Source of the DNA: Octopus sinensis | Lineage: Eukaryota | Direction of reading: 5' to 3' | DNA length: 64,000 nt | Assembly: GCF_006345805.1 (NCBI RefSeq) | Contig: NC_043008.1 | Span: 74,524,001 to 74,588,000, forward strand | Notes under the pieces: model-generated | What the model saw: only the letters and a program-made list of their open reading frames with translations | Databases searched by the model: none | What the model was told of the DNA's origin: nothing | Shown: positions 1 to 13,998 of the stretch, one piece after another | Position numbering within the stretch: the stretch's first letter is position 1 | Layout of the letters: each line of letters starts with the position of its first letter | Program-made: the position numbers and the translations under genes

Positions 1-620
1 GTTGTCGGCTGTCTATCTACTCCTCATTTCGAGCATTCAACGGCAATTATTTCCATAAATTCTAAAATAAAATATTTCTCACAGCGTTTACTATTTTCCT
101 TTTGTTCTGGTCTAACGACCCTTTATGTTTGTTTCCTGTTCGGTGTCCACTGTCATGTTTCTGTTCCCAACTTTGACCCTCTAAAAATCCTAAATTTTAT
201 TTTAGAATTTATAGGAGCAACTGTCTTTCAAGACTCATATTGTCGTTGAATGCTTGAAATGAGGAGTAGAGCAAGAGCAGGAAGACCAAGTAATCCTTCA
301 AAATGTTCAAGATGCCTGTTTTGATATGCTAAAAATGCTGTAAATTCTCTGCAGAACAGTAAGTTCCATTTCCAGAACATTCACGATCTCCCGAAGAATG
401 CCATGTTCATGAAACAGGAAATAGAATATGAAAAATCTAGAAAGTCTCAGAAACACGAGTTGCAAAATTCGAATATATGTAACATCAATAGTAAGCAAAT
501 TGTGTTGGTAGACAGCCGACAGCTGATAAAGTCTTTTCTCTGTGTTTACTTGTCGTTTTCCATTTTTCTCGTTGTTTATGTATTTCATATTATTTGCACT
601 GTTGGTGACATCCTATACCT
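1..620. repeat. Fold-back repeat abutting (TA)n, probable PLE pseudo-LTR fragment
   Basis: 16-47 (tctactcctcatttcgagcattcaacggcaat) is an imperfect inverted copy of 239-270; gtcggctgtcta (4-15) is the inverse of 509-520. Resembles 5530-5830 (ggagtaga...acagctga motif). Confidence 0.5.
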
Positions 621-633
621 ATATATGTATATA

Positions 634-687
<54 letters not shown>

Positions 688-689
688 GT

Positions 690-3600
690 GGGGTGTATAA
701 AAAGCTCTGAGCCTTCATGTCTTGTACCTTCATCAGTAGTCTTGTACCGTGTCTTGTGTTTTTGAGAATCTTCATACACCCGGCGGGACATGAAGAACCT
801 AATACTCCCTAGAAAATTCCTTATCAAAGAAATAAGGGGTGAAACACTAGAAGAAGCAACAATACGTGCAAACCTAGCCCTTTGCCGACTAGAAACGGAA
901 ATTTCCCTTCTACAAACACGAAGTTTACCCCTGGAAGATAAGATTAAAGCAATTGATATCGTCATAATGGTCGAAATAACAGAAAGAAACAATAACCAAA
1001 ACAATGAAAAAATACAACAATTATGGAAAGAGGATACCAAACGAGAGGAGGAAAGATCCAGAATTATGTGGACCAAACAACAGGAGTGGTTTTTAAACTA
1101 CGAAAAGAACTATGGGGAAAAATCAATTATGAAGACAAAAAAAACTACGAAAACAAATGGAAAAATACAACAGACCAATATCACGAACATATTTGACACC
1201 CAGACATCAAAATAAGCCCTACCAAACACATGCCAAAAGCCCGCTCCTTACAGTGCCGAACCTCCCAATAAACAAACACACAAACTAGGAAAGACGACCA
1301 TCAACCCAAAACCCCACAAAAACAAACACACAAGCAACAAGACGAGCACGATACATACAACCAACAACCTATAACACTTGGAGAGAATAAACAGAATATG
1401 AACAACCACCAACACATAACACTGGACATCCTAAATGGATACACACATGGAACAATAAACATGTGGATAGAAATCAAGACATAACCTACAACAAACATCG
1501 AGGAAATCCAAACCATACAAACACCAACCCCATGCGACCCCACAAATTTACAAGATGGATAAAAAAAACAACATCCATACCAATACAAACACAAAACATG
1601 AACTATCCATCTACCCACAAAGAAACCTGAACCCCAGTAATAGAAATTGGCACAACAAACATAGAAGATGGGAAGAAAACAACTGCTGAAGACAAAACAA
1701 CACATACAGACCATCTCTACTGCTACAAGAAAACCTAAGACCTGAAAATGAAAGCACAACCCCTTTTTTAGGGAGAGGATACTTCAACCATACTCCAGAC
1801 CCAATACACCAAAAATTCCGAATGGATACACAAAACACATAGACCCCAAAATAATAAACTTATCTAAAAGAGAACTTGACGAAAATGAAATGAACCTATT
1901 ACTAAAAGGCCTCAAATTTACACCCACATCCACTCCAAATCTCATAGAACTAAAAACTGATATAGACAACTTCAGCCGCCACCTCCGATTTATGGAATTC
2001 TTTGAAAATAAAGAAACAGAAGATAACTCAATCATAAGAAAAAGTCTCATTTCACTCCTTACAAGGGAAGTGACAGGCACATTGACGCATACATAGAGAC
2101 AATATCTCAACACACACAAATGCAAACAGAATCTCAGCAGAGGAGAAAAACAAGCCTTACAAAAACTAAAAAATGACAATTCGATCATTATAAAAGAAGC
2201 TGACAATGGTGGAGCAATAGTAATTATGGATACAGATTACTACAAAGAAAAGATACTGGAGTTGCTGAACAACCAGACATACTATAAAGAGGAACCAACA
2301 CCACCGGAGAAAGCAACAATAAAAAAATTAGAACATTAGTCAATGAATACCAGGACTCCTTTACAGATAAGTAGAAAGACTATCTATGCAACTCAAGAAC
2401 CAAAGATAGCAACTTTTATGGATTCCCAAAAATTCATAAAAGCTCTGAAATACAGAGAGCCATAAAGGAACAGAAGAACCACTATATAAGGATACAAAGG
2501 CCTGCAGACCTCTCAATGAGACCAATAGTGGCAGGGCCCCAGGCACCAACACAACAACTGAGCCACTTCATAGATGTACTCCTCAAACCTTTATGCCCAC
2601 AGATACCAAGCTACATGAGGGATGACATAGACTTCCTCACGCACATTCCAAATACAGTTCCGAAAAACACCATACTTGCAAGCTTCGATGTCACAAACCT
2701 ATACACGAACATACCACACACCCTAGGTCTGGAAGCAATAAAACAATCGCTAGAAAATACAGGGAACTCATAGATAAACATTTCAAGACAGACTTTATCA
2801 ACCAAGCCACCCAATTAATACTCGAAGAAAATACATTCTCATTCAACAACAAGACATAGTGACAGATAAAGGGCACGGCTATGGGTACCTTCATATGCCA
2901 ACTAGGTGATGGGTTTCCTTGAGAACAAACTATACGATGAAATAGGGAAAGTCTTCGAACACGACTTCAGAGAAGACATCAAGAAAAAGGGGAAATGCTA
3001 CCTCGATGACTGCCTCATCTTTTGGAACAGATTAGAAGACCTACGAACATTCCACATCCTCAACACACTGCACCCATCTATCAACTTCACAATAGATACC
3101 AGCCACAACGAACTTCCCTTCCTAGACATCAACATCAAGATACACAACTCCATCATCACAACAGACAACCACTACAAAAAAAAACCGACACACACCAATA
3201 TCTAAGTTTCTATTCCTACCACCCATCCCACATAAAAGAAACATCCCATATAGTATGGCAAGACGCATATGCAGCATAGTAACTGACTCACAAACACGCC
3301 TAATAAGACTACTAGAACAACATTACCCCCTTAAACTAATAAAAAATGGAATCTCAAGAGCAATGAAACTAGACATCACACAACTCAGGACCCCCAAAAC
3401 AAAAAAACAAAAAAAACATTATCCCTTTCATAAACACACACAAACCTGGAGGTACGAACATCTTTCAAATCATACATTCAAACAAAGCCCTAAAATGGAA
3501 AACATACTAAACAAATATTGCATAAAAAACAGTAGACGACAAGACAAAAACCTAAAGAAACAACTAACAAGAGCGAAATTCTCATCAGAAACTAAAACTG

Positions 3601-4075
3601 AATTCTTTGTAAAAGAGTGCGGAGATGGTAGATGTGGGATCTGCAGTAACCCCACCTACAAATACATAGAGGGAGACAAAGAAATGAAATTTGGAAGTGG
3701 TCACATATTCAAAATAAATGCAGATATGAACTGCAAGACGCAGAACGTAATATACTGCATAACCTGCTCCACATGCAAGGAGGATTACATAGGTGAAACT
3801 GGAAATTGTTTATGCCAACGAGCCAGAATTCACCGACAACATGTCCGACAGGAGGAACTGCGCAATATACCACTGAGTAAACACCTAGATACATGTGGAG
3901 AAGGAAAATTTAAGAACTTTCCCTTCTACAAATGTCCAAAGAATGACACCTCCTTCAGGAGGAATATGGAAAAATACTTTATAACTAAGTTCTCCCCCAA
4001 ATTGAATGGCTGAACATATCTCTATAATAAGCTGTACCAGATAAATGACCAAATTTGTAAAGTAAATTGTATTAA
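690..4075 (+). mobile_element. Penelope-like retroelement (probably Neptune-type), near full length, inactivated by frameshifts and stops
   Basis: Collinear plus-strand ORF pieces: N-terminal region (790-1215); 'IINLS..L...E..LL.KGLKFTPT' (~1850-1935); 'IIIKEADNGGAIVIMD' (~2185-2230); 'RPIVAGPQAPTQQLSHFID..LKPL' and 'LASFDVTNLYTNIPH' (2516-2773); 'KGTAMG'; 'YLDDC' (~3000); 'LPFLDI'; Cys-rich linker 'CGDGRCGIC' and GIY-YIG 'NVIYCITC..C..DYIGETG' ending 'PKLNG*' at 4013. Flanked by (TA)n and (CA)n. Confidence 0.95.
3255..4013 (+). pseudogene. RT thumb, Zn-linker and GIY-YIG endonuclease portion of the PLE polyprotein
   Basis: 252-aa ORF with VIY...YIG motif, 'R.R.H' and CxxC pairs; fragment of a frameshifted polyprotein. 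Confidence 0.9.
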
Positions 4076-5328
4076 ACACACACACACACACACACGCGCA
4101 CACACACACGCGCACACACACACAGAGTTCTACACATATGTTTTGGTTTTTGAAAATGCGACATTGAACAAATGATATTCTAATATTTGAATGAAACCAT
4201 TTTACTTTAATTTGTAGAACCAGTTACTTCTGTATGAAAAAACTTAATATTTATTTAGCTGTCAATCAGTGAGATATTAGACTAAATCGATTGAAGATCA
4301 GACAACAGGCTCAGTGGTTGTCAGTTTGTATTCTGTCATCTGTAACTTCAACACAAGAAAATCTCTTTTTCAAGTATGGACCTTATGAAATTTTGCGCAT
4401 CTTACATTGAAGGACAAATTTTTCAACTTATAATTTAGCAAACATAATGTAGCATTTAGTACAATGTATATTACTCTACATTCTTGTTGATCACCAAAGC
4501 AAATTGAATTTTAAAATGTGAATAAAACAAACCTGTTTTTGTAATCCAGATTTTCCATCCCATTTAAGCACAGGAATCAAACATTGAATTGAAAGAACTG
4601 AATAGTGGTATAAATATCAACACAATTATTTCTTCTTCCTCTTTTTCTTCTTTCTCCCCTTCTCCAACGACACCCCTTCCAGATTCACTGCCCCCCCCCC
4701 CACACACACACACCTTCACAAAACAATAATAAAAAGAAATCTAGACAATTCCTTTTTGAAATGGCCAATTTCCAAAAACCAAATATCATTTACAGTTGCA
4801 AAAATATAAACAAAATTGGCATTCTTGACCATTGCTAAAAGCCAATGACTGGTTACTCTTAACAACTTGACCCTTCTTCCTTAACTCTTCTTTCAGATAC
4901 AAAGACACAAACACAAATACAATTTATGGTCTTCTTTCTTCCTTTCCTTCTTTTTCTTTAACACTTCGTTCAAATATAAAAACACACACACACATGCACA
5001 CACACGCACACGCACACACACACACATGCTCTCTCTCTCACTTTCACCCCATTCATCACCCTCTTGTACTATCTTATATCCCTCCCCACCACTACACACT
5101 CAATAACACTATAAAATGGTCAAAACTTTTTCCACAAGAACTTAGTTCAATTTGAAAACTCCACCAGAATGGACGAAAGCGCTGATTTATGATATATGAT
5201 ATAAGTTATATGATGTATAAAAACATGTAATATACAACTAAATATCTGTAAATCTAAAACCATCCGAAATTCTGAGTACCTCATTTCTTCTAATATAAAA
5301 TACCTGTACATCATCTCTAAACCTTCTA

Positions 5329-5437
<109 letters not shown>

Positions 5438-5529
5438 GCGTGCGTGTGTGTGTGTATAATATAAATAATATATAAATATATGCATGTATACACATATGCA
5501 CATACTTACATATATATGTATATATACAT

Positions 5530-5830
5530 GCATATATGGGCACAGGACATGAAAAAACGTTAAACACAATGAGAAACGAAAACATAAAAACAAAAATAAA
5601 GAAACGAACTTTTTTTCGAACAATGAAAAATAGACAGAGAAACAAGACATACAACATAAAGAATATTCTCCTTCTTCAGCTGTCCCTGTTTCATCTACTC
5701 CGCATACCGAAGGCAAGGGCAAGACGCGACTTCGTCGAAACAGTCCTTCCCGCAAAGCAAATTAAATAAACTTAGGGATTTTTTGTGGAGGGTGAAAGTG
5801 GTAAGAATAGAACAGTGAGAACAAAACAGT
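5530..5830 (-). repeat. Short dispersed repeat between TA-rich tracts, related to 1-620 (possible PLE pLTR fragment)
   Basis: Minus strand reads ggagtagatgaaacagggacagctgaagaagg followed by a T-rich tail; same layout as 500-620. Confidence 0.4.
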
Positions 5831-6273
5831 AAAAAAATCTATAAATATATAAAATATAATATAATATAATATAATATATTATATATTATATATTAGTTAC
5901 TATTTATTATATATATGTATGTAAATATGTATATATTTGTGTATATAGGTTTTGTGTCTTTTTTTCACTATTTGCTAACCGGAATTGGTTAATTTACATC
6001 CACGCAAACTAAAGGTTCGTCAAAAGGTGTTTGATGGAATATTTACTGGATTAAAATTACATGCTTGGGTGAATTTAGTCAAATAAACACTTTAAGAGAG
6101 AGCCCCTGTATGATATCAGTCCAAATAACTGAAATAATGAAAATAATAAATAAATAAAAATATAAGAGAATATATTTAGGAACAGATTACACGTGACAAT
6201 GAAAACAACGATGGTGGCGAGCCATAAAAAGTCGTAACAACGAGATATCAGTTGCCAGACTCAAACACATGAC

Positions 6274-6418
6274 GCTTCTTCTTCTTCTTCTTCTTCTTCT
6301 TCTTCTTCTTCTTCTTCTTCTTCTTCTTCTTCTTCTTTTCTTCTTTTCTTCTTCTTCTTCTTCTTCTTCTTCTTCTTCTTCTTCTCTTTCTCTCTCCCCC
6401 CCTCTCTCTCTCTCTCTG
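6274..6418. repeat. (TTC)n then (TC)n microsatellite
   Basis: Directly visible. Confidence 0.97.
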
Positions 6419-8584
6419 GTTCAACTCTAAGATTATTTAACATCATGAATAAATTGTGATATCTGCACCAGCACAGAAGAAATGTGTGCCATTTACTATT
6501 GGTGTACAGTCTGTCATGATGACGAGGTCCCCCATCTTGGAATCTGTGGTTGCTGAAATCATAATAAATTTGTTAGAAAGGCCAAAGTAAGTTAATCATT
6601 AATGTAAATTCTTCCTCCTAGTTTATGAATTCAAATCGGAGCCGATATAAAAGTACCAGTAATACAGTTTGTACAGACAGTTGGTTACACACCTCAGCTT
6701 GTAAAGTGACTTTATTTACTTCGTATTTCTTCTATTTTTAATGGAGTAAGCCAGCTGGCTTCCTTAGTGAGGTATAGAATGATGTCATCGCCCACAGACG
6801 CAATCTAAACACCCCAATAAACATAGATACAAGCAGTAGCAGAACTCTATCATTGATTTATATTTCCTTTACAGAAAATACTGTTTTCATATCCTCCAAT
6901 ACATACACAGTTTTGGAAGGAAATGGTTTCCACGCAGATGAGTTACTACAACATCTGTAAGCAATATATAGTGACGACGACTTCCTTGGTGTTGTAACAA
7001 CGCTACGAGCTACGTGTCGCACAATATATAGTTAGAATATAATAGGCAGGAAAGACGAGGCTTTTTACCGGAAGGTTAGTTACTGCACACTCTGTAAAAC
7101 CTCTACAAACTTCAAACTCTTTTCGCTGACTTGTCAGCAATTTGTAACGATTTTCTTTAAAACCTACAGCATTGGAACTCAACGTAACATTAAAAGCTTA
7201 TCAAATTTCGAAAAAAATGCAGCTTTTCAAAGGTGACCTATTCAACTGTTACACATGCTAACCATCTTCTATCATATTTAACTGGAGGCTATGTTGTTGT
7301 CGTCGTTGAGTATGTGGTTGTTTAGGTTGTTGCTGTTGTTCTTGTTGAGTGTTTTTGCATTCCATTTTATTTTCATTATAGTTTCCCTTAGATTGTTTTT
7401 CATTTTCTTTTTTATTTACTAGAATTTTTATTTCTTTTACTTATTGAGTATGTCGGTAAAATTAAGCCCTTTTCATCTTCACTGTGATCCTGTACAAGAA
7501 GTTACCAATAGCTTGTATCCGGATAGTCAGCTTCCGATCACGGACAAGTTAATCGATGTCTTATAAAAGATGTTTAGAGATGTAAGCTATCAAAGAAAAC
7601 AGGATTTCCTTCACAGATTTCGCTATTTTTCATTCTTCTCTGTACATTATTTTTATTGCTTTCAGTGAATGACTTGCAATGCTCTTCATGACTCTGAATA
7701 TACGTATATATACATGTACATATAAATAAACATATCGACATATAAGTATGTGTGTGTGTATGTATATATGTATGTAAATACAAGCAGCTATATATTTTGG
7801 TGTCTACTACATATATACATATATATATATGTATATATATATATAAATATTTGTGTTCTTATAAGCATAAGTATATATATAAATATATATATACCCCCCC
7901 ACACACACACGCGTATATATGGGTGTATGCATACGGATACTTATAAGCAACTGTGTCATTGTGTGAGTGTATGTGTACTTGTGCGTGTGTATAAGTGAGA
8001 GTCTGTGTTTGAGGGTGAGCGTGTGTGTGTGTATGTTTGTGTCTAGAATGTCAGTGGAATTTTAAGGAATTAGTTGCAGAGTTTATTGAATATTTTTCCA
8101 GGCGTAATGTGTTGACTTTGGTTTATGCATTTAAGTACAAACAGCTCTCACATGCACACATATACACACACATATATACATATATACATACATACACACA
8201 CATACAGATATATAGATAGATAGGTATAGATTGATAGACGTATAGATAATTATATATATAGTTTCGTAAACATACATATGAATGCGCGCGCGAGTTTATG
8301 TGTGTATGTTTACAATTGTGTATTACAAGTGTGTATGCTTAAGTAATTTATATGAAAGTGTGCGCGTGGTAATATATTATAATTAAAATCTCGAGTAAAT
8401 ATAAATAAGCATTTGAGAGTATGCTTAAAAATAATTATAATAGGTAGATCAGCATTACATATACACAAGTAATCATACTTATGTATATTTCTAAACGTGT
8501 GTGCAAAGGTGTGTGTAGAAAATCCGTAAGGCCTAAATCTTTCTTGCACTTCAAATTGTACAGAAAATTCATAAATATATGTTA

Positions 8585-8750
8585 CAGTCATTTGAATGCG
8601 GCCATGCTGGAGTACCGCTTTTAGTCGAACGCTATTCTTTGTAAGCCTAGTACTTATTCTATATCTCTCTTTTGCCGAACTGTTAAGTTACGGGGACGTA
8701 AACACACCGACATCGGTTGTCAGGAGATGGTGGGGATACAAACACAGAAA
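8585..8750. mobile_element. SINE-type dispersed repeat fragment (other copies ~14045-14280 inverted, 41625-41800, 46555-46760)
   Basis: Shared cagtcatt.gactgcggccatgctggag...tacttatt...ctaagttacggggacgtaaa.acacc..catcggttgtca between copies. Confidence 0.8.
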
Positions 8751-8752
8751 CA

Positions 8753-8842
<90 letters not shown>

Positions 8843-8844
<2 letters not shown>

Positions 8845-9028
8845 TTATTTTATAGAAGGAGCTTCTACAGGACTAGAACTGTTTCATTCAAAAGAAATCA
8901 TCAGGAAGCCCTTTTGAATGAAACAGTTCTAGTCCTGTAGAAGCTCCTTCTATAAAATAAATTAATTTACTCTGCTATGTATTGAGTACCTTATTTACTG
9001 TGGTTAACCCCGACTCAACCCGGGACCT
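8843..9028. mobile_element. Fold-back element (52-bp perfect arms, 16-nt loop) embedded in (TA)n; probable PLE pLTR remnant
   Basis: 8843-8894 is the exact reverse complement of 8911-8962; (TA)n on both sides. Confidence 0.85.
8870..8911 (-). ncRNA. Minimal hammerhead ribozyme-like motif
   Basis: Minus strand: gggcttc-CTGATGA-t-ttc tttt gaa-t-GAAA-cag-TT-ctagtcc. Core boxes intact; stem I imperfect next to the core. Confidence 0.6.
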
Positions 9029-9313
9029 ATATATATATATATATATACGATTTAGTTTCTTTCTAACAAATCCACTCACAATACTTTGGTCGGCCTGAGG
9101 CTATAGTAGAGGACACTTGCCCAAAGTGTCTGCAGTAGCAGTGAATCCGGAACCATGTACATACATATACGTAAATGATTGTGTGAGTATGTATATATAA
9201 GAGTCCAAAAACTCTTTACCTCTGCTGGGTTCCCTTTATCGTCAATTATGCGGCAGTGATAAATGCAACTTACTGATATATGTGTATGCATATATTACAT
9301 ATATATGTATGTA

Positions 9314-9367
<54 letters not shown>

Positions 9368-10605
9368 ATGAAGATATATATATATGTGTGTATGTGCTTG
9401 TGTGTGTCTGTGTGTGTCTGTGTATACACACATATTTGTATATATGTAAATTATATAGTTGACGCCATGAGAATTTAATTAACGTTAAAGAGAACGTGAG
9501 CTTTATGTGTGTACTGCAAGTTATTCAAAAACAAAGAATGTGTGTGTGTGTGTGTGTGTCTGTGTGTACACATGCATACGCACGCGCACACACACGCACA
9601 CGCACGCGCACACACACACAGAGGAAACTAGGCCGTTAGAAAATGTCAGTTGGAGATACGAGCAGTACACGAACAAAAAGTATTTTTTCTGGTCGCTTTA
9701 ATGGACCACATTAAACTGCTGCCATGCCAGGCGAACGAGTGCCAACAACCGAAGAGATCCAGTACAGATTGAAACCACGTGGTCTGGTCGTCTCAGAGCT
9801 AGGATGGCAGGCGTTATCTCCGGTTTGCAATAAATGTCGAGTTCGAGAGGTGCACTGCATAAACCAACTGGAGTAGATATGTTCCTAGAGTTAAATGGCA
9901 GTATCGTCGAATACATATATTTAGTGCCATTTTGATAAGAACCTTGTAACATGCATTTAAGAGCGCTTATGTTGTTATTTGGCTACCACATTCCAAGGTT
10001 TGCATAATAATATAACACGAGGATGCTGGATATCAGGCTTTTAATAGTACATGACATTTCATTTCTGAACCACTGACCAGCTTTAAGTTACTGAGTTTAT
10101 ACTCAAATACTATTATGCAAGATCATTCTTTAAAATTATTTCATAGTTGAATATTTTCCAGCAGCAGTAGTGTGAGGGCGCTTCATCGGGTGGAATACGA
10201 TTAATTTCTGTTGGAAATGTGCATGTATGTATGTATAAATGTGTGTCAATGTATGAGTGCGTGATTCCGTATGTATGCATATGAAAATGTATGTATATGC
10301 ATATGTATATATGTACGTACGTTTATATTTACATGTTTGAATGCATAGAGGTATGTATATAATATATATATATATATATACATATATCTATGCACACACA
10401 TGCACAAATATATACATACATGTATGAGGGTATACCATCGTACGTATACATATGCATGAATATATGAATGCAAATGTATATATCCTCATATATATTTATA
10501 CTTACATTTTTCGTCGATAATTTTATGCGATTGCTATCATTCATTGAGCCTCGTACATCTGTCGTTTCACACTTCGCATCTATACACATATATACACATA
10601 CACTC

Positions 10606-10637
<32 letters not shown>

Positions 10638-10963
10638 TATTATATATATATAATATATATTGTCAGCAAACGGAACGGATAGAGAGAAGGGAAAACAATT
10701 GAGGTCATTCATTCATAGATTACGATATACATATATATGGTTATGCACACAGACTCTCTCTTACCCTCACTTACTCTCTCTCTCGCCCCCTTTCTCTCTC
10801 TCTCTCTCTCTCTCTCTTTCATTCTGTTCCTCAGGCACACAAACAAATATTATATATATATATACACACATTTACGCTTAATTTTATACTTATACAAACA
10901 TACAAACAGACAGACATACATACGTGCATGCATACATACGAGAAACATCCATACACGCATCAC

Positions 10964-11016
<53 letters not shown>

Positions 11017-11798
11017 TTCACACACAGATTTGCAGGAGATTCTGCGGTATTTTTATCATACATACATGTCGCGTGAGAGAGGACGGAAAAAGTACAATAA
11101 GGGATAAATATGAATACGCCATTTTTTCTTTTACTTGAATCTGGATAAAGATAACTATAAGAAAGAATATATGTACGTACGTAATTTTATACACACACAC
11201 ACACACAAATGATACATTGAATAAATTTGCGTTGGAGTGAGCTCTATACAGTAAAGTATTGTTTTTTAAATAGGGTTTTATATTCTTCTTGTTATTGCTG
11301 TTATTCCAGTCGTTGTCTTGTAGTGCTTCGTTGGTTTTGTTATTTTTCTTGCAAATCTTTAGAATATTGGTGGATTCCTGTCTCTGAGGCAGCATCGAGT
11401 GACTAGAACACATAGGTACTATCCTACTGACGCACAATGTATGTATGGAAGCCAGCGTTTGGGTGTGTGTGTGCTTGTGTGCGCGCATGTGTGTGTATGT
11501 TTCTGTATGTGCCCTTGGCATCTTGTGTTCTTACAGAACGTTGTGTATGTGTGCATGAAGATGCGTATGCTTATGCATTTATGCGTGTGTGTTTCTCTAT
11601 GGTGGTGGATACATGTGTCTGTATTCATGTGAAAGTGGGTAATATGGTTGTGCGCATATGTCTATACACACACACATATATATATATACATATATATATA
11701 TACGCATACATAAATATATACATATACATACTTATACATAGACATATATATATGTATTTATGTATATATATGTATATATATTATACATGTATTATATA

Positions 11799-11874
<76 letters not shown>

Positions 11875-12299
11875 ATAATTGCGTACTGTACATGATAATA
11901 TTTTATGTCTGTATATGTGTGTGTATGTTTGTATATATGTATGTATGCACGTATGTATATACGTATACAAGCGCGTGCACATTCATATGGATGATTGTGG
12001 ATATGCGTATAGCTTTGACTTTTCGGAACAATTGTGTTCATATGGGTGTACATGTGTGCATATATGAATGCATAATGCCTTATGATGTACAACTTATCTA
12101 AAACTTGAAGGTATATTAATCGCACGAGATGTAAACTACGTAACGTCAGGACGATTCAAACGATATTGGGTTCCATAATATCATTTTTGTATGAGTTTAT
12201 ACGTGTATGCATATGTATGTTTCTTACAATCATACATAAAAAGATATATATATATATATATATACACGTTTATCTATAATATGTGTGTGTTTATCTGCA

Positions 12300-12459
12300 G
12301 ATGCAGTCGTGGTGTGTTGTAAGAAGCTTGCTTACTAAATACATGGTTTCGGTTTCAGTCCCACTGCGTAGTACCTTGAGCAGTGTCTTCTACTATAACC
12401 ACGGATTGACCAAAGCCTTGTGAGTGGATTTGGTAGACGGAAACTGAAAGAAGTCTCTC

Positions 12460-12460
<1 letters not shown>
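12300..12460 (+). mobile_element. tRNA-derived SINE (other copies ~9050-9158 minus, 42100-42255 minus, 48322-48457 plus, 49520-49665 minus)
   Basis: gtgg.tgtg.tggtaagaagcttgctt...ggttcagtcccactgcgt head and shared 3' part gaccaaagccttgtgagtggatttggtagacggaaactgaaagaag. Confidence 0.85.
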
Positions 12461-12742
<282 letters not shown>

Positions 12743-13638
12743 GTTTAAGTGAAGGTATGTATGTCAGGTCACTTTCAAGTGCTACTGGTAACATATAACC
12801 CAGTACAACCTGTTGCATGGTCGGGTCGTCGGCGACTAAAGCTTGCTTGGTGAGGAGGGTGTTTATTGGACACCTTGCGGGATGAAAAACAAAACCCGTC
12901 AAAGGGCGGAGGAACTCTTGAGAGTCAACGGCCATCCAATAAATGTCTTAAGGCTGTATCATGCGCGGGGACATAGAAATAATCGGACTGATTACCCAAT
13001 CGCGCAGTTAAACCATTGGGAGTGAAGGATTCCTAGCATTTGTTAGGGCATCCTTCTAGGAGAAGGTAACTCAGGTAACTGAAATAACTCCTATATAAAA
13101 CCTGTGGCTCAGTGGTTACCGATGATGTTGACTATGTTGATTATGGATGCTGTTGCTTAGTGAGTGGGATTGACTCAGTGCATAGTCTTTCCTCACTTAA
13201 AAAAAAATCTTCTTGCACAGGCATTGCACGATAACAACATTGATTAAGCTTCGTGCAATGGCCTTATTCAATAACGAGGGGGCAACCACCGTGTATGTAT
13301 GTATGTATGTATGTATGTATGTATGTATGTATGTATGTATGTATGTATGTAGTATGTATATAAAGAACTTATAAATAATGGCAAACGAAAAAATTTCTAA
13401 TCCCAAATATGCCGAAATTTGACAAATTGTCCATCGTATGCCCTTATTTATAAGTTGTTTATAAATTTAACCTTTAAAGGTATTTTTTAATATGCTGGTC
13501 ATCGATAAATTTTTTTTTCGAAAAGATTTTATCCTACATGAAATATGTATGTATGTATATAGGCAAATTGTTGTTGAAAATGCACCTAAATTTGGAAAAC
13601 TTGTAATTGTTTAAATAAACAACCCCTATTTTGTTATT

Positions 13639-13669
<31 letters not shown>

Positions 13670-13703
13670 ATATATATATATATATTATATATATATATAT
13701 ATA

Positions 13704-13998
13704 TAATATTAATTAGAGACAAAACCACTATTATGCAAATCAAACAAAAAAAGACTTAATCTAATACATAAAAAATGAATGTCAATAGAAGTGACAAGAA
13801 CGATCGTAGTGGATATCTTAATTATATTTAATTTATATAAAAATTTTTTTATGTATTGGATTAAGTCTTTCTTTGTTTGATTTGCATAATAGTGGTTGTT
13901 GTCTCTAATTAATATATATTATATTTTCTATAAAATTGGATTCAATCCTAAATCTGATTTTCCTGTAAATTTGGATTTATTCCCTAATATTTATTATT
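13704..13998. mobile_element. Fold-back element in (TA)n with ~72-bp imperfect arms and a truncated HHR in the spacer
   Basis: 13704-13776 is the inverse of ~13842-13914; the spacer starts atgaa-tgtca atagaag tgaca-a-gaa-cgatcg-ta-gtgg. Confidence 0.75.

Noticed and set aside
5709-5750. HHR-like geometry gaagg...gacg/cgtc-GAAA-cagTC-cttc
   Set aside because: The CUGANGA box is absent (caagggcaa in its place).
6450-6560. Minus-strand host exon after tttcag
   Set aside because: No recognisable protein similarity and no convincing donor site.
6783-7023. Solo LTR (TGT...ACA with a TATA-like box)
   Set aside because: No TSD, no terminal inverted repeat and no second copy; too weak to call.
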